Assembly (NCBI GenBank): GCA_024679065.1
Contig: JAGIQG010000017.1
Coordinates: 34,162,001-34,226,000, forward strand
Origin: Sphyrna mokarran
Taxonomy: Eukaryota
Reading direction: 5' to 3'
DNA: 64,000 bases
The number at the start of each line of letters is the position of its first letter. Positions within the stretch are counted from its first letter, which is position 1. Under the pieces are notes generated by a model. It saw only the letters and a list, made by a program, of their open reading frames with translations. It had not been told where the DNA came from and did no database searches. Position numbers and translations under genes: made by a program. Below, in pieces: positions 54,582 through 64,000 of this stretch.

Positions 54582-54852
54582 ACAGTAAGAGGTCTGACTG
54601 TTACTGTTTAAGTCCAACCCATTTATTTGATAGTAAACTCACAAGCTTTAAGGTGTTTCAACCTCTTCGTCAGGTGAATGAGGTGTTCTGGTCTCAGATA
54701 GAACCAGAGCACCTCATTCACCTGACGAAGAGGTCGAAACACTTCGAAAGCTTGTGAGTTTACTATCAAATAAATCGGTTGGACTTAAATCTGGTGTTGT
54801 CAGACCTCTTACTGTGTTTACCATAGTTCAATGCCGGCATCTCTACGTCATG
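54582..54852 (+). mobile_element. Penelope-like element remnant: inverted pseudo-LTR pair plus 37-bp tail, 8-bp TSD
   Basis: Arms 54582-54692 and 54703-54815 are inverted repeats. Tail 54816-54852, AATAAA at 54769-54774. GAGATTTA at 54574-54581 and 54853-54860. The host CR1 is continuous after removal. Confidence 0.88.
54716..54759 (+). ncRNA. Minimal type I hammerhead ribozyme motif (Penelope-associated)
   Basis: AUUCAC-CUGACGA-A-GAGGU(CGAAAC)ACUUC-GAAA-GC-UU-GUGAGU. Stem I 6 bp, stem II 5 bp, CUGANGA and GAAA core boxes, palindromic AGCU in place of stem III. Confidence 0.78.
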
Positions 54853-55633
54853 GAGATTTACCAGCCAGGAGAACATTCTTCCTCTATGTACAATGTCAGG
54901 TCCTGAAAGATGTTTGTAAATTTCAGTGAGATACTCTTGTGTTCTTTAAAAGCCTAGAGAATACAGGTCTAGTTCTCTTCGTCTCTCCTCATAAAACAAC
55001 ACCACCATTCCAAAGATTGGTCTGGTAAATCTCCATTTCACTCCACCTATGGCAAGTATACCCTTTTTTAGAGATCAAAACTATATGCAATACTCCAAGT
55101 AGGTCTCACAAAGCTATATAGAATTATTGGAAGACATCATTACTCTGGTATCAAACACTCTTGCAATGAAGGCCAACATACCACTTGCCTTCCTAATTGA
55201 TTGCTGAACATGTAAACTACCTTTTAGTAACTCATGAACAAGGACATCCAAGTGTCTTTGAACACAATACTTCTCAACTGCTCTTCATTTAAAAAATACT
55301 CTACCTTTTGTTTTTCTCCCAAAGAATAACTTCACATTTATATTTCACCAGCCACATGTTTATCCATTTTCTTAGCCTGTTCAAATCTTGAAGCCTCCTT
55401 GCATCCACTTCACAACTTAAATTCTCACCTAGTTTTGAGTCATCAGCAAATGTGGAACAACTATTTTTGGTCCCCACAACCAAATCATTTATATAAATTG
55501 TGAACAGCTGTGGTCTCAGCACTGATCTTGTGGTATCCAATTAGTAATATCCAGCAATACTGAGAATGACTTATTTATTCCTACTCTCGTTAACAAGTTC
55601 TCAATCCACACCAGAATTTATCCCAATCCTATG

Positions 55634-55913
55634 TTTAAAGTTTTACAATCTGTTTATTAGTCACAAGTAAGGTTTACATTAACACTGCGATTAAGTTACA
55701 GTGAAATTTCCTAGTTGGCACACTCCGGCGCCTGTTCAGGCCAATGTATCCAACCAGCACGTTTTTCAGACTGTGGGAGGAAACCAGAGTACCCGGAGGA
55801 AATACGGGGAGAATGTACAAACTCCGCACAGACAGTAACCCAAGTCGAGAATTGAACCCAAGTTCCTGGCACTATGAGGCAGCAGTGCTAACCGCTGTGC
55901 CACCATGCTGCCC
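55634..55913 (-). mobile_element. V-SINE (HE1-related) with alternative 3' tail
   Basis: Minus-strand head gggcagcatggtggcacagcggttagcactgctgcctcatag...gggttcaattc and V-domain 'ggtttcctcccacagtc'. Confidence 0.9.
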
Positions 55914-55929
55914 CGGGCCAGACTTGCCA

Positions 55930-56797
55930 GCATCTTTTCAGAGTGGTTGAGATGCTAAAAGGGGTTAGACAAGGGTGTGCCCTCGTACTATATTTATTCA
56001 AGATCCTAGCAGAAATTGTTAGGAGAGAGACATTTAAAGGATTCAAAGGTGGATACACATTGGTGGGTGGTGCGTATCAAATCTTTGATATGATGATGAC
56101 ATTCTGCTCGCTAATTCAATGGAGTTACTACAGGATTGGTGGATTGACTTGACCAGTTTCACCAGAAGTATAATCTGATGATCGTTATCGATAAGATGAA
56201 GGTAAGTAGGATGGCTGAAAAGACTTGCTAGATTCTGATTAGTGGAGTTCAGCTTGAACAGTTTCATGTCTTGAACCACTCATCATAGAAAATTCAGAGT
56301 CTACCAAACAAACTCAGTCGAGACTTAACAAGCGTTGTGTTGTGAACTCGCTTAAATGAGTATAGAATAACATAGATTCTCAATTATGATGAAGATGTGT
56401 CCTCTGAAAGTCCTTATGTGGCTGAGGACAATGTATGGCTATGAAAGCTAGACCATCCATAAGAGTAACGAAAAGAGCTTTGAAATGGAAGGACTCACAT
56501 GAATATTGTGTATGTTATGGCATCCAAGACAGATGCTCAAGAAAGCTGGTAGCAAGTGGAACTTGTTTGAGGACATGTGATGCAAACAGAAGGGGTATGT
56601 TTGGAAGAAGAGTAAAACACCTGAAAAAACATACACAAGGAAAGCCCAAGATGGCATGGCTGAGTAATATCAGAACATTGACTGGCCCCTCAATGGAACA
56701 GACATTGGGGGCAGCAGAGAATAGAAGTCAGTGGAGAAAGATTGTTTATAGTGCAGCCAACCATCATAAAGAGGACATGAAAGACATGATAACAACC
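55930..56797 (+). mobile_element. RTE-clade LINE fragment (second RTE family), internally deleted
   Basis: KGVRQGCAL..YLFKILAEIV.RE.F.GF.GG is the RTE GVRQGC.LSP.LF motif. C-terminal GKPKMAWLSNIRTLTG.SMEQ.L.AAENRSQWRKIV. Confidence 0.88.
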
Positions 56798-57070
56798 AAT
56801 ACATTTACGATCTATAAAGCTAACTTCAACATCTTGTGACATAGTTCATCTGGTCCAGAGGATTTATCAACCTTCTACCCAATTAATTTTTCTACTGCTA
56901 TCTATTAATGCTAATTTAATTTAGTTCCTTATTTTCACAAGTTCCTTGTTCTCTTATATTTTTGGGAGATTTTCCACATTGGTCTCCATGATGGACACAA
57001 ATTGTTTAATTTCTCTGCCATTTCTCTATTCTCTATTTCTGTCCGCAATATATTTGCATTTGTCCTTGCT

Positions 57071-57286
57071 AATCATAGAATCACTACAGTGCAGGAGAAG
57101 GCCACTTTGTACCAACCACAATCCCATCCAGGCATAATGTCATGTATTTACCTGACTAATCCCCCTGACACTAAGTGGCAATTTAGCATGGCCAATCAAC
57201 CTAACCTACACATCTTTGGACTATGGGAGAAAACCAGAGCACCCAGAGGAAACCCACGCAGACAAGGGAAGAACGTACAAACTCCA
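57071..57286 (-). mobile_element. 5'-truncated HE1-type V-SINE
   Basis: 'aatcatagaatcactacagtgcag...atttagcatggccaatcaacctaacc...ggaaacccacgcagaca'. Confidence 0.88.
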
Positions 57287-57889
57287 AGCACACATCTTTT
57301 CCTAATCTTTTCCCTTCCATATATCTAAAGAAGCTTTTTACAATATGCCTTTGTTTCTTGTTATTTTGCGTTCAGATCGTCTCTTCCTTTTCTTTATCAA
57401 TACCTTTGCTCTCCTTCGCTGAATTCTAAGTTGCTCCCAATCATCAAACTTACCATTTTTCTGGCAACCTGATGAGCCACTTTCTTTGATCTAGTGCTGG
57501 CTGTCCACCTTGGGCAGGGTGGGGGGTGGGGGGGGGGTTCGGCAACAGTGTGTGAGAGAGTCAGTGTATGTAAGTGGGTAAATGTAGTCATGGTGTTGAG
57601 AGTTATTGAGTAAACTGAGATTGGGCATAAGAGAGTCTCACACTCACTTCAACACGTTCACTCAATATCTTGCACTAACCTCCACAAATCCAGTCACTTG
57701 CTCATTCATGCTCACCTCTATATGAATATTGTCACTCACTCCCACATACACACCTCCTCATGCCAGACATGATCTTGCACTCCCACTTGAGGACAAAAAT
57801 TGAAGCTGTCTGAGGTTTGGGCAGCCCTCAGCTCTGAGTGCCACACCACCACCAATGTACCCTCCCCCACTGCCACTAGACACTAATGA

Positions 57890-58225
57890 ATAGTTTTTTC
57901 TCTGTCTTTTTCTCTCTCTCTCTCTTACACAATTTTTTACTCTCAAGACACAGAGAGCGGGATTCTCTGGTCTCTCAACTGTGTTAATGGGATTTCCCCA
58001 TTGAAGCCAACCCAAACTACTTGGAAACCCATGTGTGGAGACCCTGTTTTTCTTTCTCTGTCTCTCATGTACACGCATTCTCTTTCTCACACATGCACAC
58101 ACATTCGCTCGCTCTCTCTCTGTATGTCTCTCTCTCTCTATCCCGTGCACATAGACACACATTTTTTCTCTCTCTCTCTGTCATATACACACACACATGC
58201 ACACACATTCTCTCACACACACACC
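57890..58225. repeat. Compound (CT)n/(CA)n low-complexity microsatellite tract
   Basis: Seen directly in the sequence. Confidence 0.88.
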
Positions 58226-58484
58226 AGTTCCTGAACTACAGGCACCCAGCAGCAGGTTTATACCACAGCTTGCTAGTTGCTCCCTTCTCCACTGCCCCCA
58301 TCCATTCCCTGTTCTCACCTGCCTGTCTCCCCCAGTTCCCACCAGTTCTGACTCATCTACTCGCATTTAATTTAATTTTCGATTGTGAGCTCCCCATCCA
58401 TAAGGAAAGATATTAAAAACTTAGCAGGTAACTGATGACATTCCATTTGGCCAATCACAGGCTGCTTTTCATCCTACATGTCAT

Positions 58485-58702
58485 GAATCAATGGAATTTG
58501 CTACCTTAAACCCAGTTAGATAACGTGTCTTTGAGCAAAGTTAAGGAGGAGTGGACAGATTTTTAATTAGTAATGGGTTTAAAGGGCTAATGTGAATGAG
58601 CAAGTAAGTGGAGTTGAGGCTGTAGATGAGATAAGACGTAATGGCATTAAATGGAGCAGGCTTGAGGTCTGAATTGTCTACTCCTGCTTCTTGTTCTTAT
58701 AT
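58485..58702 (+). mobile_element. CR1 3' end fragment
   Basis: Similar to 1065-1280 (tggaatttgctacc...gacagatttttaatt...gtggagttgagg...ctactcctgcttc). Confidence 0.8.
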
Positions 58703-60280
58703 TTAATGTATAAAGGGATTTTCACAGTAACTGCATTGCAGTGAACAAACTAAAGAATGTGTTATAGAACTGGTAGTACTTTGAAAGCTAGCTATTGCCT
58801 GTCGACCTTCAAACCTCTCCATGTATTTCGTCAATCCACCAGATTGTCGTTTCCTTAGTTCAAATTTAAGATCGCTGTTTTCAAAATGAAAAATATCACT
58901 TCAAAACTCAACGTGAAATTCTGTCATATTATGGTTGCTATTTTCTAGAGACTACTTTTCAGCAAGATTATTAATTAGCCTGTTCTCATTATCTCATACT
59001 AAGTCTAAAATAGCTTGATCCCTCATTGGTTCTTCAACGTACTACCCCAGAAAGCGATCTTGTACACACTGCAGGAATTCGTCCTTCACACCATCGGTGC
59101 TAATTAGGTTTACCCATCAATAAATAAATTGAAGTCACCCATTGACATTCTTTTACATATGTTGCATGGAGCTCTAATTTCCTGATTTATATCATGCCAT
59201 CTAGTATTGCCACTACTGGTTGGTAGTCTATAAACAACTTCCACCAATGTTTGCTGTCTCTTAGCTTTATCCAAACTGATTCTACATATTTATCCTTCAG
59301 TAGCAGTAATGTCTTCCTTTATTAACAGTGATACCTGACCTCCTTTTCCTTTTTTCCTATTATTCTTAAATGCCAAATATCCTTGAATATTCTATTCTTA
59401 GCTTTAGTCACCTATAATGATAATTCAGCCATAGCCATTTTTCTTCATTTGTGCCTTTAAATCATCCACTTCATTGCACAGGTTGTATGCATTCAGATAG
59501 TATGCCCTTAACTTGTCTTTTTAACAACATTCTCCACTGTTATCCTAATTGATACTTGCTTTTGCTTTGAATGCCTTCTAATTTTGTTTATTATTTTTCT
59601 ATTTCCTGTTACCAGTTTTGCTACGCTCCAATCTGAGCTCCCTCTCGGGTATCAAATCCCTGCCAATATAGTTTAAACCCCCTCCAGCAGCACCAGTAAA
59701 TTATCCTAACAGGACCAGAGTTAACTAGGATGCAACCCATCCATCTTGTACAAATCCCACCTGTGTTGGAACCAGTCCCAACATTCAGAAATCTGATATC
59801 CTCCCTTCTGCATCAATTTTTCAACCATATGTTCGATCTTCCTATTCCAATGCTCACCAGCACATGGAATTGGAGTAATCCCAAGATTAATGCCTTTGAG
59901 GTCCTGTTTTTCAGTTTCTTTCCTAACTCCCTAATAACTGCTTTCAGGATTTCATCCCACTTCCTACCTATGTCCTCAGTACCAAACTAGACCATGACTT
60001 CTGGCTGTTCATCCACTTAGTCATTCTTGATGCTGGCACCAGAGAAACAATGTACCAAGATAATTTTAACTACAAGCTTTGTTCTATCTGCCTGTGGTGT
60101 TTTCTTCTGCAGCTGTTGAACAGGAAATACATTTCTGTTGGGTGCAGCTAATTTTGCCAGTATTTCTTTCTTCCCCACTCATAAAAATGAAGAATTGCCC
60201 TTCAAAATAATTGTCTACCAAAGCAATGGAGCACTTCCATATAGTGTGACCTCCATAGAGACTGATCACTTTTGCAAAAA

Positions 60281-61594
60281 TAGTGGTAGGGAAATTATTG
60301 GACAGGATTCTTCGAGACAGGATTTATTCTCACTTGGAAATATGTGGATGTATTAGTGAGAGGCAACGTGGTTTTGTGAAGGGGAAGTAGTGTTTTTCAA
60401 GGAATTGATGATGATGATTGAGGGTAGGGCAGTGGATGTTGTCTACATGGACTTTAATAAGGCCTTTGACAAGATCCCTTATAACAGATTGGTGCAGAAG
60501 ATTAAGTTGTATGGGATCAGAAGTCAGCTAGCAAAGTGGATACAAAACTGGCTTAGTTAAAGAAGAAAGAGGGTAGCAGTGGAAGGGTTGTGAATGGAGG
60601 GTTGTGACTAGTGGTGTTCCTCGGGGATCAGGGCTGGAACCTTTGCTGTTTGTAATGTATATAAATGATCTGGAGGAAAATGTAATTGGATTGATTAATA
60701 AGTTTGCAGACAACATAAAGGTTAGTGGAATAGTAGATAGCGATGAGGACATCAGAGGATACAGTAGGATATGGATCAGTTAGAGACTTAGGTGGAAAGA
60801 TGGTAGATGGAGCTTCGTCTGGATAAATGTGAGGTAATGCATTTTGGAAGGTCTAATACAGATAGGAAATATACAGTAAATGGCCGAACCCTTAAAAGTG
60901 TTGATAAGCAAAGGGATCTGGGTGCATAGGTACACAGGTCACTAAGTGACAATGCAGGTGGAGAAGGTAGTCAAGAAAGCATACAGTATGCCTGTCTTCA
61001 TCAGCCGGATATTGAGTTTAAAAATTGGCAAGTCATGTTGCTGCTTTACACAACCTTAGTGAGGCCGCACTTGGAATGTAGTATTCAATTCTGGTCACCA
61101 CATTACCAGAAGAATGTGGAGGTTTTGGATAGGGTACAGAAAAGATTTGCCAGGATGTTGTCTGGTATGGAGGGCATTAACTATGAGGAGAGATTGGAGA
61201 ATCTTGGTTTGTTCTGACTGGAATGACAGCTGTTGAAGGGAGACCTGATAGAAGCATACAAGATTATGAGACGTATGGCTAGAGTGGACAGTCAGAAGCT
61301 TTATCCCAGGGTGGAAGAGTCAGTTAGTAGGGGGCATAGATTTAAGCTGCGAGGGACAAATTTTAAGAGGCAGATTTTTTACACAGAATCATGGGTGCCT
61401 AGAACTCGTTGTCGGGGGAGGTAACAGACGCTTTTTAAGGGGCGTCTTGACAAGTACATGAATGATATGGGAATAGAGGAGTATAGTCGCCAGAAAGGTT
61501 AGGGGGTTTTGGTTGAGCTGGGTAGCATGTTCAGTGTAGGCTTAGAGGCCAAAGGGCCTGTTCCTGTGCTGTAATTTTCTTTGTTCTTTGTTCT
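60281..61594 (+). mobile_element. 5'-truncated CR1 LINE (RT to 3' UTR)
   Basis: AVDVVYMDFNKAFDKIP, VTSGVPRGSGLEPLLFVMYINDL, NKFADN, LYTTLVRPHLECSIQFWSPHY and a (TTCTTTG)n tail. Confidence 0.95.
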
Positions 61595-62216
61595 GTACGG
61601 ATTTTGCAGTGACAAATATAAGGAATCACACAAGATTCTACATTTTAAGACTTTTACTCTAACAAATTAAAATCAGTTCATTTAAGCATTACTTAGTAAC
61701 TAATAACCAAACGATAGCTTTTGTAACACAATCAAAAACCCTATGCCGTGTTTATACACGACACTGCTTTCTCAGCACAGATGTAGTCTGGTATTCTCAG
61801 CTTGAACAAGATTTCTCTCCTCACCCCACCAGGTCAGTTTTCAAGTATCCCTTTCTGGCAGTTCTCTTCGTTCAGTCTTATGAATATACTCAGATTCCCA
61901 GTACCAAGGCACCCTCTGCCAATTCTTTGGTCTTTAACTGTCTACCCACTCTCTATTGTTTCTTTGAATTGAGAATCCAAAAACAGACCTGCTCTTCTGC
62001 CTGGTAAGCAACACCTTGTTGTGGCTCTTCTTCCTCAAACTCTCAGTATAACTTCAGAATTACCCCAGGAGCATTTTATTGAAATGAATATTGAAATAAA
62101 TCAACATCATTATGTACATAGTGATGATAGCCTGTTTATGCACAGCAAGATCTCACAAACAACAAGTAAGATTAATGACTTGTTTACATTGCTATTAGTG
62201 TTCTTCAAAGGAGGAT

Positions 62217-62337
62217 ATTTGATTTGATTTATTGTTCACATGTATGGGTATACAGTGAAAACTATTGTTTCTTACGCTATACCGATAAAGCATACCATCC
62301 ATAGAGCACATTAGGGAGAAGGGAAGGAGAGGGTGCG
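62217..62337 (-). mobile_element. Non-LTR retrotransposon 3' tail fragment
   Basis: 'tttgatttgatttattgttcacatgtatgggtatacagtgaaaac' gives AATAAA plus (ATCAA)n on the minus strand. Clade uncertain. Confidence 0.6.
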
Positions 62338-62499
62338 TGAAGATTCTTTGAGAAGTCACTGATCTTTTTAAGCAATTGTTTGCACCCCTATCAGGTATAA
62401 AGAGGTGTAGTTTAATATTTTCTCCTAAAAATCTTAACTTTTGACATTTCAGCAATCTTTCATGCTGTATCAAAATGTTTGCAAGATTGTGGTGTGTTT

Positions 62500-63662
62500 T
62501 TTTTTCAGAAATATACTTTAGTCATAAAATTTATGAAAATGCATTACAGAACAATTCAAATGTGACTTTAGAGTGCAAGACAGAATAATTTCCTTTAAAA
62601 CGGTACATGGTATTTTGACATGCTTCTCTCCACTTACATTTCAGTTAGTGTTTACAATTTACATTTATATTTGATTTGAAACATCCTCTGGTATATAAAG
62701 CCCAAGGGGTTTATGTGGGTATCAGCTCATTGGGATACAGAAGGAGGGCCCAAACTCTGTTTATTCCTCATTAAGCTTTTGTGTCTGGTCACCGAACTTG
62801 CACCTCTTAGCACGCAGTCCTAGATCTTGGAATGTTCAATGACACCAGGTAATGATCAGCTGGAAGGTCTACAAGTCCTGGCTATACCAGTGAGAGTCTT
62901 TCAGAGCTGTTGGCCTTCAGCACAAATTTGTTTGTCTTGATATGCGATTCAAGTATAAGTACCTGTGTTACCTAGCTATTTACGATGAACCTTGACAAAA
63001 AACACTGCATTTTTTTTTTCAGACACCTTCTTTGTAAAAGGACAAAGAAGGTGGGTAACAATTTTTTCGCGACTGTTCTATTTGAAAGACAGCATGTGCT
63101 AGCACTGAGATTGTATATTTGCAAGAAAGAGCTGAGCCCATCTCATCATCAGTTAAGTCATGTCTTAATGCTGATTTGAAAGTCCTGATGTGCTCTTCTG
63201 CCAATTGGCTTTGACAGTCTGCTCAAGGAACCATCCAACAAGATCCATCATCTCCCTTTGCTTCAGACCATTACATGCAGACAACTGTAGCCAAGATGCT
63301 TTACTGCACCAACCTTTCCATGAAGGACAGGTTGACTGGTATAGTCCAACTGAATGTGCTATTCGCAGCAATAGGATCGGATCTATCCTTTGCAATACTG
63401 GGACAAATAGAACCTTGGCATGTTCTGACACTTGGGGCAAGATTTTCTCCACAGGCTTCGGGACTCTGATGTCTGGATCAGATGAGGGTTAAAAGTCCTC
63501 ACTGCTAGTACTAGTCACCCAGCAGTGATTTTTCCCAAATTGTCCAATGGGCTAAGAATGACTGCAGCTTGGTCCTCACCAGTAGCAGTGGGAGCTACTA
63601 GAAGGTGACCAGCTGCTCGTTGTTCGGAGCCAGGGCATACGTATTGAATAATAGGAGTGGAA
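62500..63662 (-). mobile_element. Tx1-like (L1 clade) element, heavily deleted
   Basis: ORF 63165-63452 LKQREMMDLVGWFLEQTVKANWQKSTSGLSNQH resembles the Tx1-type ORF2 C-terminus. HSKI*DCVLR at about 62805-62835. APE-like PLLLFNTYA at about 63635-63660. A/T-rich 3' end near 62500. Confidence 0.72.
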
Positions 63663-63794
63663 CTTTTTTTTTTAAAATAATGCTTGCCTTTGATGGTAAA
63701 GTAGCCTCCTTGCAACAGAATACATAGACCAGATCAATGGCTTGTGAAACCACCAGCATCTCCATTGCCTCTAGGTCCTGAGGAACAGTGATCT

Positions 63795-64000
63795 GCAGAT
63801 TCAATGACCCCTCCTACCCGCCTTTTCCACCATGTTCTGAGGCAGAGTTCCAAAGTCGCACAATCCTCGAAGACAAGAATTTTCCTCATCCATGTCTTCA
63901 AAGGGTGACCCCTAATTTTGAAACAATGCCCCCTGATTCTGGACACCCAAGCAGAGGGAACACTCTTTCTATGTCCACCTTGTCAATACCACCCAGGATC
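63795..64000 (-). mobile_element. CR1 LINE 3' region, runs off the window
   Basis: ORF 63734-63946 MSRIRGHCFKIRGHPLKTWMRK. Confidence 0.88.

Larger units (their letters stand above)
54278..60060 (-). mobile_element. Near-full-length decayed CR1 LINE (ORF1 SGNH-esterase remnant, APE, RT, 3' UTR) carrying several nested insertions
   Basis: 3' UTR at 54278. RT SVLRPQLFTIYINDL...STFADDSKLG (ORF 55301-55540). KVDKSSGPDEL at about 56845-56875. APE-like LVEVVYRLP at about 59220-59250. ORF1-like WDWFQHRWDLYKMDGLH at about 59730-59780. Confidence 0.85.

Noticed and set aside
54637-54679. Second hammerhead on the minus strand (left arm)
   Set aside because: The G of the GAAA core box is missing (CCUUAAAG), so it is predicted inactive.
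57470-57510. Other CUGAUGA occurrences (also 7935, 8543, 29037, 34790, 58432)
   Set aside because: No stem II followed by GAAA and no closing stem I.
57758-58416. ORFs of 131-134 aa rich in ER/HT/SL
   Set aside because: They are translations of CT/CA microsatellites.

Overview
AT-rich, CpG-poor vertebrate genomic DNA. The repeat content (HE1-type V-SINEs, Deu-domain SINEs, many CR1 subfamilies, Penelope pseudo-LTR, RTE, L2, Tx1) points to a cartilaginous fish, probably a shark; this is inferred from family recognition, not from a database search. I recognise no host protein-coding exon. The protein-like ORFs I could identify are decayed retroelement fragments, so the window looks like a large intron or intergenic region. 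The most notable structure is a 271-bp Penelope-like insertion (54582-54852, 8-bp TSD). It is a long inverted repeat whose right arm holds an apparently intact minimal type I hammerhead ribozyme (54716-54759). Other items are a candidate G-U-rich structured RNA (49725-49818), template-switch hairpins and duplications, a heavily nested near-full-length CR1, TE-poor stretches with enhancer-like motif clusters, a CTCF-like site and two weak micro-exon candidates. There are two N gaps. Boundaries of decayed repeats are approximate (tens of bp).
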